A stretch of 64,000 bases of DNA from an uncultured Clostridia bacterium (GCA_934248055.1 CAKQKI010000008.1:1835-65834), one strand, 5' to 3'; counted from the first letter of the stretch, positions 1 through 10,440 are shown. A program made the numbers and translations. The notes: generated by a model not told the origin, from the letters alone.

Positions 1-528
1 TCCGATAGAGCAGTGAATAACCGCCGTTTTATCGAGCCTGTATTCAACCTTACCTGCTTTAACGTCTTTAATCGCCTTGGCAACGTCCATAGTAACCGTG
101 CCCGACTTGGGACTCGGCATCAATCCCTTAGGACCTAAAACCTTACCGATACGACCTACCACGCCCATCATGTCGGGAGTGGTTATAACAACGTCGAAAT
201 CAAACCAGTTGTCCTTCTGAATTTTAGCGACCATTTCTTCCGCGCCTACGTAATCCGCACCTGCCGCCTGAGCCTGATCCGCTTTATCGCCTTTTGCGAT
301 AATTAAAACTTTTGCGTTTTTACCCGTTCCGTTAGGAAGGACGATAACGCCTCTGACCTGCTGATCCGCTTGTTTCGGATCTACGCCGAGTTTGGTGTGG
401 AATTCGATCGTTTCGTCAAACTTCGCTTTAGCGGTGTTTAAAACGATGTCAATCGCTTCGTTTACGTCGTAAGACTTTGTTTTATCGAAACTCTTTATGC
501 TGTCGGCATACTTTTTACCGTATTTCAT
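1..528 (-). CDS. rplA: 50S ribosomal protein L1 (uL1); C-terminal part lies beyond the window edge
   Basis: Hand translation of the minus strand from ATG at 528-526 gives [29 protein letters not shown]...[31 protein letters not shown]. This is typical uL1. It lies directly downstream of rplK, as in the L11-L1 operon. Confidence 0.9.
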   Translation of the reverse strand, partial: MKYGKKYADSIKSFDKTKSYDVNEAIDIVLNTAKAKFDETIEFHTKLGVDPKQADQQVRGVIVLPNGTGKNAKVLIIAKGDKADQAQAAGADYVGAEEMVAKIQKDNWFDFDVVITTPDMMGVVGRIGKVLGPKGLMPSPKSGTVTMDVAKAIKDVKAGKVEYRLDKTAVIHCSIG

Positions 529-585
529 TATATTAGAATCCTCCTCGTGGTTTTATAGCGAGATTACTCTCTCCCACTCTCCTTT

Positions 586-1011
586 TTATTCTTCGACGGT
601 GACGCCCATACTGCGCGCGGTACCCTTGATCATGCTCATGACCGCTTCGAGAGAAGCCGCGTTTGTGTCTACCATCTTGATTTTCGCAATCTCTTCAACC
701 TGAGCCTTGGTAAGTTTTGCTACCTTGTTCTTGTTGGGAGCCGCGCTTGCCGTTTCAATTCCGCACGCTTTTTTGATAAGTTCCGGAGCCGGCGGCGTTT
801 TAAGAATAAACGTGAACGAACGATCCTGATATATCGTTATAACTACGGGGATAACGTATCCGATCTTGTCCTGAGTTTTTGCATTGAACTCTTTGGTAAA
901 TCCGGGAAGGTTGATTCCGTAAGGTCCGAGTGTGGAACCGACGGGGGGTCCCGGTGTTGCTTTTCCGGCTTGTAACTGTAATTTAACTACAGCCGTTACT
1001 TTTTTAGCCAT
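586..1011 (-). CDS. rplK: 50S ribosomal protein L11 (uL11)
   Basis: 141-aa ORF starting [43 protein letters not shown], the canonical L11 N-terminus. Confidence 0.97.
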   Translation of the reverse strand: MAKKVTAVVKLQLQAGKATPGPPVGSTLGPYGINLPGFTKEFNAKTQDKIGYVIPVVITIYQDRSFTFILKTPPAPELIKKACGIETASAAPNKNKVAKLTKAQVEEIAKIKMVDTNAASLEAVMSMIKGTARSMGVTVEE

Positions 1012-1100
1012 AAAAAATCCTCCATTCGTGGTACTTGCAAGACGCCTTTAAAAATTTGACGTCTCTCCCACTTTATTCTTACGAGAAATATCTCGTGAGT

Positions 1101-1622
1101 TTACTTTAAAAGTTTAAGTTGAACGAAATCCGCTTCTACTTCCGTTTCCGTATTGAACATAGCGACTTTTACTTTTGCCTTCTGCGCCGATACGTTCATA
1201 TCTACTATTTCGCCTTCGAAAGTGTCGAGCGGGCCGCTCATAATGCGGACTCTGTCACCGATATTAAAGTCTACTTCGGTTACAAGGTCTTCAAGCCGCA
1301 TGCGTTTGACTTCGTCTTCACTGAGCGGAAGAGCCTTGCCCTGAGGTCCTACGAACCCCGTGACGCCGCGCGTGTTAGTTATAAGATACCATAAATTATT
1401 CGAGTAAACAAGTTTGATAAACACGTAACAGGGAAGAATTTTTCTTAAAACGACTTTCTTTTTGCCGTTTTTTTCTTCGATAGTCTGCTCCATGGGAATT
1501 TTGACTTCGAGAATCTGCCCCTGCAGGTTGCTGTTTTCAACCATTTTTTCGAGCGTGTCTTTCACCATAGCCTCGTAACCCGAATAGGTATGGATTACGT
1601 ACCATTTTGCCGTTTCTGCCAT
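1101..1622 (-). CDS. nusG: Transcription termination/antitermination factor NusG
   Basis: 173 aa. Starts WYVIHTYSGYE (NGN domain) and has a C-terminal KOW-like segment GDRVRIMSGPLDTFEGEIVDM. Conserved secE-nusG-rplK synteny. Confidence 0.95.
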   Translation of the reverse strand: MAETAKWYVIHTYSGYEAMVKDTLEKMVENSNLQGQILEVKIPMEQTIEEKNGKKKVVLRKILPCYVFIKLVYSNNLWYLITNTRGVTGFVGPQGKALPLSEDEVKRMRLEDLVTEVDFNIGDRVRIMSGPLDTFEGEIVDMNVSAQKAKVKVAMFNTETEVEADFVQLKLLK

Positions 1623-1631
1623 AACCGCTCC

Positions 1632-1880
1632 TTACGCGACGAGCAACTTAAGAAGTTGACCCAGACCGAAATCTATAAGCGTTATAACGACCATAAACAC
1701 GAGAACTACACCTATAACGACGAAGGTTTGCTTTATAACCTTACCGAAAGTGGGCCAGGTGACCTTTTTAAGTTCGGAAAACACTTCTTTAATTTTTTTG
1801 CCCATTCTTACGAAAACGTTGGGCTTTTTGTTTTTTGGCTGAACTTTTTTTACTTCTGCAGCCGCGGTCTTTTCTTTCAT
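1632..1880 (-). CDS. secE: Preprotein translocase subunit SecE
   Basis: 82 aa with the motif ELKKVTWPT followed by a single TM helix. Sits between rpmG and nusG. Confidence 0.85.
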   Translation of the reverse strand: MKEKTAAAEVKKVQPKNKKPNVFVRMGKKIKEVFSELKKVTWPTFGKVIKQTFVVIGVVLVFMVVITLIDFGLGQLLKLLVA

Positions 1881-1912
1881 TTTACACTCCGTTATCCAGG
1901 ATTTTATTCAGA

Positions 1913-2074
1913 TTACTTAGTTTCTTTGTGTGCGGTATGCTTTTTGCAGAAAGGACAATACTTGTTGAGTTCGATCCTGTCAGGCGTGTTCTTTTTGTTT
2001 TTATATACGTCGTAATTTCTCTGTTTGCATTCCGTGCATGCAAGCGTAATTCTTACTGCATTACCTTTTGCCAT
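1913..2074 (-). CDS. rpmG: 50S ribosomal protein L33 (below the 60-aa ORF-track cutoff)
   Basis: Hand translation gives [53 protein letters not shown] (53 aa). It has the CxxC...CxxC zinc-ribbon L33 signature and lies upstream of secE. Confidence 0.9.
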   Translation of the reverse strand: MAKGNAVRITLACTECKQRNYDVYKNKKNTPDRIELNKYCPFCKKHTAHKETK

Positions 2075-2241
2075 AATTTCTATCCTTCCTAAAAAATTAA
2101 CACCCCTACGGAGTGCTTATACATTTTACCCTATTTGCCACCGATTGTCAACGGTTTTAAACGTATTTTATAAAAAACCGAAAAATTTTTGTTTTTTACG
2201 CCGTTACCCGTATTACCGCGTAACGGCGTTTTTATCCGTAA

Positions 2242-3102
2242 TTACCTATCGATAATTTCAAATCCCCTGTCTTTAAGCCAGCGAACGGATAATTTAACCC
2301 ATTTATGAAAGTCTGAAGACGTGCTTTCCATTACGCCCTGATACGCTTTTTTGCCGTACGCCGTTTCGTCCGCGACGGAAAGACCGTGCTGACCTTTTTC
2401 AAAAATATGAACGGTAAACGGAACGCCGCTGTTTTCGTAAGCGTCCGCAAGCAAAAGAGAGTTTTTCACGGGTACGCAGCCGTCGTTAAAGGTGGAAACG
2501 ATAAACGCGGGCGCGCTGTCTTTATCCACGCGGTTTTCAAGAGAAAGAAATTTTTTAAGTTCTTCGTTATTTCCGCAAAGGCTGTCGAACGAACCCCGAT
2601 GAGCGCTTTTGCCCGACGTAACGACGGGGTAAATAAAAAGCGACGCGTCCGGACGGACGAACGGCTTGCATTCTCCCAAAAAATTCAACTCTTCGGATTT
2701 GTGAAGAATCGATATGCAGCCGAGAAGATGACCGCCTGCGGAAAATCCTACGGCAGCCACGCAGTCGGGGTTGACGAAAAGCGCGTCTGCGTTTTTGCGG
2801 ATATAACACATTGCCATCGCCGCTTCTCTGAACGCCGACGGGTATTTCGCTTCGTTGCACGAATAATCGAGAATGAACGCGTTGTAATTTTCCGCCGTGT
2901 ATTTCAAAGCCACGGGTTCCGCTTCTCTCGCGCTCGTGTGGACGTAACCGCCGCCCGGTATAACGAGCATGGCGGGGTGCCTGCGCTCGGCGCAAATCTC
3001 GCCCGTCTGTTCAAGAAGACAGCATTTTAAAAAACCTTTTCTTTCGTTTTCTTTTCTTTCGATACCGAACTCTTTATAGAGATCTACCGTAAAAATTTTC
3101 AT
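2242..3102 (-). CDS. Alpha/beta-hydrolase fold esterase/lipase
   Basis: 286 aa. Nucleophile elbow GFSAGGH, oxyanion-like VIPGGGY, C-terminal HG. Confidence 0.7.
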   Translation of the reverse strand: MKIFTVDLYKEFGIERKENERKGFLKCCLLEQTGEICAERRHPAMLVIPGGGYVHTSAREAEPVALKYTAENYNAFILDYSCNEAKYPSAFREAAMAMCYIRKNADALFVNPDCVAAVGFSAGGHLLGCISILHKSEELNFLGECKPFVRPDASLFIYPVVTSGKSAHRGSFDSLCGNNEELKKFLSLENRVDKDSAPAFIVSTFNDGCVPVKNSLLLADAYENSGVPFTVHIFEKGQHGLSVADETAYGKKAYQGVMESTSSDFHKWVKLSVRWLKDRGFEIIDR

Positions 3103-3130
3103 ATTATTATCCTTATATATCTGGCGTTTA

Positions 3131-4021
3131 TTATTTTTTTACCGTCGAATATCCGAATTCGTCCAGCAAACTCTCTTTATCCCGCCAGTTTTCTTCTACT
3201 TTAACGTAAGTAGTCAAAAATACTTTCGCGCCGAGAAATTTTTCAAGACTTTCGCGGGCAAACGCGCTTACTTTTTTTATCGCCGCGCCCTGCTTTCCTA
3301 TTATAATCGATTTATGATTCTGCTTTTCGCATACGATATCCGCGTCTATTTCGTAAACGCCTTTTTCGTTCTTTTCAAACCTGTTGATAACGACCGCAAC
3401 GCCGTGCGGCACTTCTTTATCGAAGCACAATAAAACTTTTTCGCGTATAATTTCTTTAACCATGAATTTTTCAGACTTGTCGGAAACGACGTCGCCCGAA
3501 AAAATCGGCTCCCGCTCGGGAAGAGCCGAAACCAGCACGTCAAGAAGTTCTTTTACGTTGCGACCTTTTCTCGCGGATACGGGAACGATGTCGCCGACGC
3601 CTTCGATTTCCGATATTTTTAAAAGCCCCGCGGGAATATTTTCCTTCGGCATAATATCGGTTTTTGAAAACGCGACAACCGTTTTTACGCCGCTGTCTAC
3701 GACGGATTTCAGGTTTAAAAGGTCTTCGTCTTTAACTCCTTCGTGTCCGTCGAGAACGAAAAGCGCAAGGTCGGCGTCTTTTACGCTCCTTCGCGCTTCG
3801 CGCTGCATTTTTCTGCCGAGTTCGGTAGACGATTTGTAAAACCCGGGGGTATCCGTGAAAACCACCTGATAATTTTCACGGGTCAGAACGCCGAGAATTT
3901 TCTCGCGCGTGGTCTGCGGTTTTGGCGAAACTATCGCCACTTTTTCTCCTACGAGAACGTTTATCAGAGTTGATTTTCCCGCGTTCGCTCTTCCTACGAC
4001 CGCAACAATTCCGCTTTTCAT
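3131..4021 (-). CDS. era: GTPase Era
   Basis: 296 aa. G1 motif GRANAGKST, DTPG, and a C-terminal KH domain. ybeY-era synteny. Confidence 0.95.
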   Translation of the reverse strand: MKSGIVAVVGRANAGKSTLINVLVGEKVAIVSPKPQTTREKILGVLTRENYQVVFTDTPGFYKSSTELGRKMQREARRSVKDADLALFVLDGHEGVKDEDLLNLKSVVDSGVKTVVAFSKTDIMPKENIPAGLLKISEIEGVGDIVPVSARKGRNVKELLDVLVSALPEREPIFSGDVVSDKSEKFMVKEIIREKVLLCFDKEVPHGVAVVINRFEKNEKGVYEIDADIVCEKQNHKSIIIGKQGAAIKKVSAFARESLEKFLGAKVFLTTYVKVEENWRDKESLLDEFGYSTVKK

Positions 4022-4027
4022 ATCGCT

Positions 4028-4498
4028 TTATCTGAAACACCTTATGTTATTCATTACTTCTTCTTCGTAAGCGCGCATTTCGCGTTTATCGGCTTCGGTT
4101 ATATGGTCGTAACCGAAAAGATGCAAAAGCCCGTGACAGAATAAATATAAAACTTCCCTTTCGTAAGAGTGTCCGTACTCTTCGGCCTGCTCGGCGGCGC
4201 GCTTCGGGCATATCGCCACGGAGCCTATAAACAAACCGTTTTCGGTGCAGTCCAAAGGAAAATCTTTTTTCGATACCGTTTTCCCCCTTATGCCGTCAAG
4301 CGACGGAAAAGACAAAACGTCCGTAACCCTGTCGGTATTTCTGAAATCGCGGTTGAGAGCGCGTATCTCGTCTTCCGTGACGAACGCAAGTTCCGCGCAT
4401 AAACTATCTTTCTGCGACAGAACGTTATAAACTTCCGCCGCCGTTTTATCGATGCCGAGCGGCGACTTTTCCGCAATTATTTTCAATCCTTTTTTCAT
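4028..4498 (-). CDS. ybeY: rRNA maturation endoribonuclease YbeY
   Basis: 156 aa with the zinc motif HGLLHLFGYDH. Confidence 0.9.
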   Translation of the reverse strand: MKKGLKIIAEKSPLGIDKTAAEVYNVLSQKDSLCAELAFVTEDEIRALNRDFRNTDRVTDVLSFPSLDGIRGKTVSKKDFPLDCTENGLFIGSVAICPKRAAEQAEEYGHSYEREVLYLFCHGLLHLFGYDHITEADKREMRAYEEEVMNNIRCFR

Positions 4499-5982
4499 TT
4501 TTTAGACCCGCTTTTGAGTTTAGGGTATTTGACTCTGTCGTGATAAACGCCCGCAAGAGAATTCGTTATCGTGTTTCTTATGATATCGAGTTCCCTGAAA
4601 GTAATGTCGCAATCGGAAAACTGTTCGGCGTCCATTCTCTCTTCGATTATCTCTTTCACCGCTTTGTCAACGTTTTCGTGACTGCGGGTGCCTATGCTTC
4701 TTACCTTCGCTTCGCAGGCGTCGCAAATCATTATTATGGCGTTGATTTTCGTTTGCGGCTTAGGTCCGGCGTAACAGAAATTATCCATATTGAGTTCGCC
4801 GTCGGTATACTTAAGCGCTTTCGCGTAAAAATACCGTATAGGCATAGTGCCGTGGTGTTGTTCGGCGGCGTCGGCAAGCACTTCGGGAAGACGCCATTTG
4901 CGGATAAGTTCCGCGCCGTCTTTCGCGTGCGACCTGATTATTTCGGTCGAAAGTTCGGGCGAAAGTTCGTCGTGCGGGTTAACGCCCGTCTGATTTTCCG
5001 TAAAATATTCGGGTTTTTTAATTTTTCCTATATCGTGATAGTACGCACACGCCCTTGCAAGTAACGGATTTTCGCCTATCGCGTTACTGCACGCTTCGGC
5101 AAGCATTGCAACGATCGTAGTATGATTGAAAGTTCCGGGAGCAAGCGCTATCAAGCACTTTATAAGCCTTGCTTTGTGGTCGGTAAGTTCGGCAAGCCTG
5201 AAATTAGTAACCGCCCCGAAAGCGATTTCGAAAAACGGAAGCAAAAGCATCATTATTCCGTCGCTTAAAACGCCGCTGCCGAAAGCGAAAAGCGCGGTTC
5301 TTCCGAGAGCGCGGAGTCCTTCCGCGTCGAGTTCGCTCACGCTCGTTGTAAATTCAAGGCAAACCGCGCTCACGATTACGGGAATCGCTATAAATACGGA
5401 GTGTCCGAGTACTTTTGCGCGCGATCCTTCGCCGTCTATCATAAACACGGCGAAAATGCCCGAGATAAAGTTGATGATGAGCGAAGTGTAAATTACCCTG
5501 TCGTAATCGGGCGAAGTTCTGACGAATAAATCGAGAAGCAGCATGCAAATGCAGAACGCGCAGTTCAGAAACAACGCCGCCCTTCTTCCCACTAAAAGAA
5601 GCATAAGCAGCGCGCACAGCGCGAAAGGTCTTAAATACGGATTGATTTTTCCGAAAAGCCAACACGCCGCCATAGACACGGTCATCACCGTGAAAAACAT
5701 AAATATATTCGACGTTTTATAAAGAAAATCGCGCATTTCGGTGTAAAAATAAATGTACGTAAGCGCGAATACGAACGCAAGCGCGAGAATTATATAAATT
5801 TTTTCGGACAATTCTTTCGAGCCCGATAAAAAATCGCCCCGATTGCCCGTACCGCCGACTTCGACTATCAGAGCGACGAAAGTAAGCCCGACTATTATCA
5901 GTGTAAGCAATACGAACAGCGATATGGTTCTGAAATAATCTATCGCTCTCCATTTTATTTTCTGCTGATTTTTCATACTCAA
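4495..5982 (-). CDS. Multi-pass membrane HD-domain phosphohydrolase (PgpH/YqfF-like)
   Basis: 495 aa. Several TM helices are followed by an HD domain (YHDIGK, EQHHGT). It sits between phoH and ybeY as in Bacillus and Clostridium. The ATGA overlaps at both ends suggest an operon. Confidence 0.8.
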   Translation of the reverse strand: MSMKNQQKIKWRAIDYFRTISLFVLLTLIIVGLTFVALIVEVGGTGNRGDFLSGSKELSEKIYIILALAFVFALTYIYFYTEMRDFLYKTSNIFMFFTVMTVSMAACWLFGKINPYLRPFALCALLMLLLVGRRAALFLNCAFCICMLLLDLFVRTSPDYDRVIYTSLIINFISGIFAVFMIDGEGSRAKVLGHSVFIAIPVIVSAVCLEFTTSVSELDAEGLRALGRTALFAFGSGVLSDGIMMLLLPFFEIAFGAVTNFRLAELTDHKARLIKCLIALAPGTFNHTTIVAMLAEACSNAIGENPLLARACAYYHDIGKIKKPEYFTENQTGVNPHDELSPELSTEIIRSHAKDGAELIRKWRLPEVLADAAEQHHGTMPIRYFYAKALKYTDGELNMDNFCYAGPKPQTKINAIIMICDACEAKVRSIGTRSHENVDKAVKEIIEERMDAEQFSDCDITFRELDIIRNTITNSLAGVYHDRVKYPKLKSGSKK

Positions 5983-6950
5983 TCCTTTTCGCGCGCCTTT
6001 TCGCTTTTTTCGTAAGCCCTTATTATCGCGGCTACGAGCGGGTGACGCACAACGTCTTTATGAGAAAGTTTTACTATCTCTATCCCTTCGATATCTTTAA
6101 GCACCGAAAGGGCGTTTACAAGACCGCTTTTTTTGCCTTCGGGAAGATCCGTCTGCGTTATATCGCCCGTAACCACGACTTTGCTGCCGTTGCCCATACG
6201 GGTCAGAAACATTTTCATCTGCTCGACGGTGGTATTCTGCGCTTCGTCGAGAATAACGAAACTGTCGGAAAGGGTTCTGCCGCGCATGTAAGCGAGCGGC
6301 GCGATTTCAATCACGCCTTTTTCGAGAAGGGCGCGATAATTGTCCTGCCCGAACATTTCCGAAAGCGCGTCGTACAGCGGGCGCAGATACGGATCTACTT
6401 TATTTTGTAAATCTCCCGGCAAAAAACCGAGTTTTTCACCCGCTTCAACCGCGGGTCTCGTAAGAATTATCTTATCTGCGAGTTTGTTTTTATACGCGGT
6501 TACCGCAAGCGCGACGGCAAGATAGGTTTTGCCCGTACCCGCGGGTCCCACGCCGAAAACAACGGTGTTTTTATTTATGGCGTCAACGTATTTTTTCTGC
6601 CCCACGGTTTTGCATTTAATCTGCTTCCCGCGGGACGTTACCGCCACTACTCCGCTCACCGCTTTCGCAATATCTTTCGCTTCTCCGCTCAGAACGAGAT
6701 CTTTTATATAACCTATTTCGGACTTGTCCGCCTTTTCGCCCGACTTTATTATTTCGAGCAATTTTTCCGCTATTTCAACGGCAAGTTTAACCGACGATTT
6801 CTCTCCCGTGAATTTAACCGCGCCTTCGTCGACGTAAGCCGTAGTATCGGTGCATTTTGTGAGCGCGTTGAGATTTTCGTCGAAAACCCCTAAAAATTCC
6901 GATAAAATCCTTGCGTTTTCTATTTTGATTTCTTCGGTTACAGTTTGCAA
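5979..6950 (-). CDS. phoH: PhoH-like ATPase
   Basis: 323 aa. Walker A GPAGTGKT, Walker B FVILDEAQN, and GDITQTDL. Confidence 0.9.
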   Translation of the reverse strand: MQTVTEEIKIENARILSEFLGVFDENLNALTKCTDTTAYVDEGAVKFTGEKSSVKLAVEIAEKLLEIIKSGEKADKSEIGYIKDLVLSGEAKDIAKAVSGVVAVTSRGKQIKCKTVGQKKYVDAINKNTVVFGVGPAGTGKTYLAVALAVTAYKNKLADKIILTRPAVEAGEKLGFLPGDLQNKVDPYLRPLYDALSEMFGQDNYRALLEKGVIEIAPLAYMRGRTLSDSFVILDEAQNTTVEQMKMFLTRMGNGSKVVVTGDITQTDLPEGKKSGLVNALSVLKDIEGIEIVKLSHKDVVRHPLVAAIIRAYEKSEKAREKD

Positions 6951-7017
6951 ATTATCCTCCGTAAAACCATTTATGTACCTTTCCGCAAGCGACTGCGTTT
7001 GCGATTATATAAAACGC

Positions 7018-7917
7018 CTATGCGGAAATAACCCTTTTTAGTTTCATATAAACGTTCACTCCGCCGTCCGTTTCTTCCGTAACTATTTCGACGGGTTCGT
7101 CGTCGCTTTCGGAAGCCGCCGTGAAAGCCGCGGTTTTTTTTGCCGTTTCATCGGGCAACGCGCACGGAAAAAAGCGATTTTTCTCGTAAATTATTTCAAC
7201 CGTTGCGATAACGTAAGTAGGGTATTCCGCACCGTCCTTATCGGTAATGCACGCCTTTACGAGTACCGCGCCTTTTTTCACGACGTCACCTTTATTTACA
7301 ACCGCCGTTCCGCGAAGAACTTTTACTTCGCCCACCGTTCCGTCAACGTCGCTGACGATATTTTCTTCGTTTTCCGAAAGAGTTTTGCCGTTCCCGCGCG
7401 AAATTTCAAGATTTATAACGAGCCTGTTGCCCTTTTTCTTTACCGCGGCGAACGACAGTTCGGGATTATCTTTTAAAATTTTGCTTTCGAGTTCGGAAAA
7501 ATTCACCTTTTCAAATCTCGAAAAAGGTTTTATACCCGTTTCCGAAACGAGAGTTTTCGTCCGCGAAGAATAACACGCGCCGCTCCCCGTAACGTCGACT
7601 TTAAATACGAAGCCGTCCGAATACGCTGCCGTAAGCAGAAAAACGGCGAACCCCGCAACGAATCCGATATGCTTAAACGCCGTAAACAAAGGCGACAACA
7701 CGCCCCTGTACGCGCATTTTTTAATAGTATAGCACAAATTACCGCAAATAGCAATTATTTTGCGTTTGTCGTTAAAATCCACGGTTACTTCGAAAGTTTT
7801 TTCTCCCGCGCTGCGCATACGAAGAACGTTTACTCCCCTTAACCTGAGATATTCCGTAAAAACGGCGGCGTTTTCGCCCGAAAGCGTGTAAACGCATCTT
7901 AAAAGCCCGCGTTTCAT
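7018..7917 (-). CDS. yqfD: Sporulation protein YqfD (stage IV-like)
   Basis: I start it at the internal ATG 7917 (MKRGLLRCVYTLSGENAAVFTEYLRLRGVNV...), which forms an ATGA overlap with the yqfC stop. It has one central TM segment. Conserved yqfC-yqfD-phoH order. Confidence 0.75.
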   Translation of the reverse strand: MKRGLLRCVYTLSGENAAVFTEYLRLRGVNVLRMRSAGEKTFEVTVDFNDKRKIIAICGNLCYTIKKCAYRGVLSPLFTAFKHIGFVAGFAVFLLTAAYSDGFVFKVDVTGSGACYSSRTKTLVSETGIKPFSRFEKVNFSELESKILKDNPELSFAAVKKKGNRLVINLEISRGNGKTLSENEENIVSDVDGTVGEVKVLRGTAVVNKGDVVKKGAVLVKACITDKDGAEYPTYVIATVEIIYEKNRFFPCALPDETAKKTAAFTAASESDDEPVEIVTEETDGGVNVYMKLKRVISA

Positions 7918-8177
7918 ATTTTCCTTTCTATCGCGGTTACGTCGCCGAGAATGGTAACGTCGCCGTCGAGATAAGCCCCTACGGACAGTTTTTTGCCCCT
8001 GAACACGATTTTGCCCGAAGTAAGCCCTACCGTTATTTCGTCCGGTTTGACGTCTTCTATCTTTTTTGCTCCTTCGATATGCGCTCCGTATCCGCCGTAA
8101 ACAGACAAGCGGTACGCGCACGCCGAACAGGACGGGTCGATTTTTAAAAATTTACAGATATTCTCGCTGAAACTCAT
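7914..8177 (-). CDS. yqfC: Sporulation protein YqfC
   Basis: 87 aa. Its size, position directly upstream of yqfD, and the sequence ...YGGYGAHIEGAKKIEDVKPDEITV... are typical of YqfC. Confidence 0.75.
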   Translation of the reverse strand: MSFSENICKFLKIDPSCSACAYRLSVYGGYGAHIEGAKKIEDVKPDEITVGLTSGKIVFRGKKLSVGAYLDGDVTILGDVTAIERKI

Positions 8178-8298
8178 AATTTAATTTATTATTTTAACCG
8201 CGCGCGTATGACAAGCGCTTGACTTATCGCGCGAATTGTTGTATATTTTATTGCATAATTATTTTCGGCATTTTACTGAAATAAAGGAGAGTTCTGAT

Positions 8299-9345
8299 AT
8301 GAAAGAAAAAAAATTATTCGGCAAAACGCGAAACGGCGAAGATGTTTACGAATATACGGTAAATAACGGCGAGGCGTCGTTTTCCGTTCTTACTTACGGA
8401 GCGACTCTGAGAACTCTGACCGTGCCTTCCGAAAGCGGGAATACCGACGTTGTTCTCGGTTACGACTCCGTTTCGGAATACGAAAATAACGACGGCTATC
8501 TCGGCGCTACGGTAGGCCGCAACGCAAATCGGATAAAAGACGGCAAATTCGATATTTACGGCGTTCCTTACGCGGTGACGATAAACGAAAAATCGAAAAG
8601 CAATAATCTTCACGGCGGTTTTTGCGGATTCGATTCGCAAATATGGAACGTTCTCGACTCGGGCGATAACGAAAATTCCGTAGAAATGTCGCTCTTTTCA
8701 AAAAACGGTACGGACGGTTTCCCGGGAGACGTTCTCGCATACGCGCGTTTTTCTCTCGACAAAACGACCCTTACCGTGGAATACACCGCCAAAACCGATA
8801 AAAACACCGTGTGCAATATGACTAATCACGCATATTTCAATCTCAACGGCGCGGGAGAAGACGGAGCGCACGACGTTTATCTTAAAATAGATTCCGATTA
8901 TTTTACCCCCGTGGACGAAAATCTCGTTACGACGGGCGAAATTTTATCCGTAAGCGGCACGCCTTTCGATTTTACCGATTTCAAACAGATTAAAAAAGAA
9001 GAAAACGCCGATAACGAACAGATAAAAATAATGAACGGTTACGACGTGAATTACTGTCTCGGCACGGACGGCGGATTAAACCTTGCCGCAACCGCGGCGT
9101 CGGAAAAAACGGGTATTATCATGAAAGTGTTCACCACCCGCCCCGCAATTCAGTTTTATTCTGCGTGCTGCTTAACCGAAAGAAAGGGTAAAAATAATAA
9201 AATTTACCGTAAAAACTCGGCGTTTTGTCTGGAAACGCAAACTTACCCGTGCGCGGTAAGCCATCCGCATTTTCCGACGGCTCTTCTCAAAACGAACGAA
9301 AAATTCCGTTCGGTAACCAAATTCGAATTCACTAAAAAAGGATAG
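8299..9345 (+). CDS. galM: Aldose 1-epimerase (mutarotase)
   Basis: Motifs GATVGRNANRIKDGKF and NNLHGG. I prefer the start at 8299 (MKEKKLFG) because AAGGAG lies 8-13 nt upstream. Confidence 0.85.
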   Translation: MKEKKLFGKTRNGEDVYEYTVNNGEASFSVLTYGATLRTLTVPSESGNTDVVLGYDSVSEYENNDGYLGATVGRNANRIKDGKFDIYGVPYAVTINEKSKSNNLHGGFCGFDSQIWNVLDSGDNENSVEMSLFSKNGTDGFPGDVLAYARFSLDKTTLTVEYTAKTDKNTVCNMTNHAYFNLNGAGEDGAHDVYLKIDSDYFTPVDENLVTTGEILSVSGTPFDFTDFKQIKKEENADNEQIKIMNGYDVNYCLGTDGGLNLAATAASEKTGIIMKVFTTRPAIQFYSACCLTERKGKNNKIYRKNSAFCLETQTYPCAVSHPHFPTALLKTNEKFRSVTKFEFTKKG

Positions 9346-9347
9346 TT

Positions 9348-10358
9348 ATGAAAGATTTATATATTCCTACCGATTACAAAAACAAACTCGATCTTCTCGA
9401 TACGGAGAAGGCGATTAAATTCGTTAAAGACGAATTTGAAAAAACCCTTGCCGAAACGCTCGGGCTTACGAGAGTTTCGGCTCCCATTCTCGTTTTATCG
9501 GGCACCGGCATCAACGACGATCTTAACGGCGTCGAACGCGCGGTAAAATTCGACGTTCGCGGACTTGACGGAAAAAACGCCGAAATCGTTCATTCGCTCG
9601 CAAAATGGAAAAGAACCGCTCTTAAAAAGTACGGTTTTAAAACGGACAGCGGTCTGTATACCGATATGAACGCCATTCGCCGCGACGATTTTATGGACAA
9701 TCTTCATTCGATTTACGTCGATCAATGGGACTGGGAAAGAGTTATCGACCGCTCGGAAAGAAACGAAGAATTTCTTAAAAAAATAGTAACGACGATAGTC
9801 GGCGCGATTGCGGACGTAAACGAAAAAACGAAAAAGAAATTTCCGTCGCTCGATCTCGATATAAAGCGCGAAGTAACCTTTATAACGACCGAAGAATTGT
9901 TAAAACTTTATCCCGACAAAACGGCTAAAGAGCGCGAAAACGCCATAACGAAAAAATACGGCACCGTATTTTTAATGCGGATAGGAGATAAACTTTCCGA
10001 CGGAAAACCGCACGACGGACGCGCTCCCGACTACGACGACTGGTCTCTTAACGGCGACGTTCTTTTTTACAACCCCGTTCTCGGCTGTTCTTTTGAAATT
10101 TCGAGCATGGGAATAAGAGTGGACGAAAAATCGCTCGTTTCTCAACTTGAAAAAGCGGGGGTCACGGAAAGACTTAAATTCCCCTATCATAAAGACGTTT
10201 TAAGCGGCGCTTTGCCTTTAACGATAGGCGGCGGCATAGGTCAGTCGCGGCTTTGCATGCTTATTCTTCAGAAAGCGCATATCGGCGAAGTTCAGGTTTC
10301 TCTGTGGCCTGACGGCGTGGAAGAAGAAGCCGCAAAGCACGGCGTGAACATATTATAA
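9348..10358 (+). CDS. asnA: Aspartate--ammonia ligase (asparagine synthetase A)
   Basis: 336 aa. AsnA-type class II aaRS-like fold (LTRVSAPILV, GTGINDDLNG, GGGIGQSRLCM). Confidence 0.9.
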   Translation: MKDLYIPTDYKNKLDLLDTEKAIKFVKDEFEKTLAETLGLTRVSAPILVLSGTGINDDLNGVERAVKFDVRGLDGKNAEIVHSLAKWKRTALKKYGFKTDSGLYTDMNAIRRDDFMDNLHSIYVDQWDWERVIDRSERNEEFLKKIVTTIVGAIADVNEKTKKKFPSLDLDIKREVTFITTEELLKLYPDKTAKERENAITKKYGTVFLMRIGDKLSDGKPHDGRAPDYDDWSLNGDVLFYNPVLGCSFEISSMGIRVDEKSLVSQLEKAGVTERLKFPYHKDVLSGALPLTIGGGIGQSRLCMLILQKAHIGEVQVSLWPDGVEEEAAKHGVNIL

Positions 10359-10440
10359 CGCGTTTTTCGTGTTCAGGCGCAGTCGCTTAGCCACAAGTCT
10401 TTAAAAAAATTTAAAAACGCGCGTTTTCTAACTTATATTT

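Noticed and set aside
2198-2229. Hairpin ACGCCGTTAC...GTAACGGCGT, considered as a terminator for the esterase gene
   Set aside because: The T-tract follows the stem only on the plus strand, where no gene reads into it. On the relevant minus strand the stem is followed by A residues, so a terminator role is unsupported.
7918-8121. Arg-rich 68-codon N-terminal extension of the yqfD ORF (MRVPLVCLRRIRSAYRRSKKDRRRQ...)
   Set aside because: It lies entirely inside the yqfC coding region in another frame and has a non-protein-like composition. The internal ATG at 7917 gives the classic ATGA coupling to the yqfC stop.
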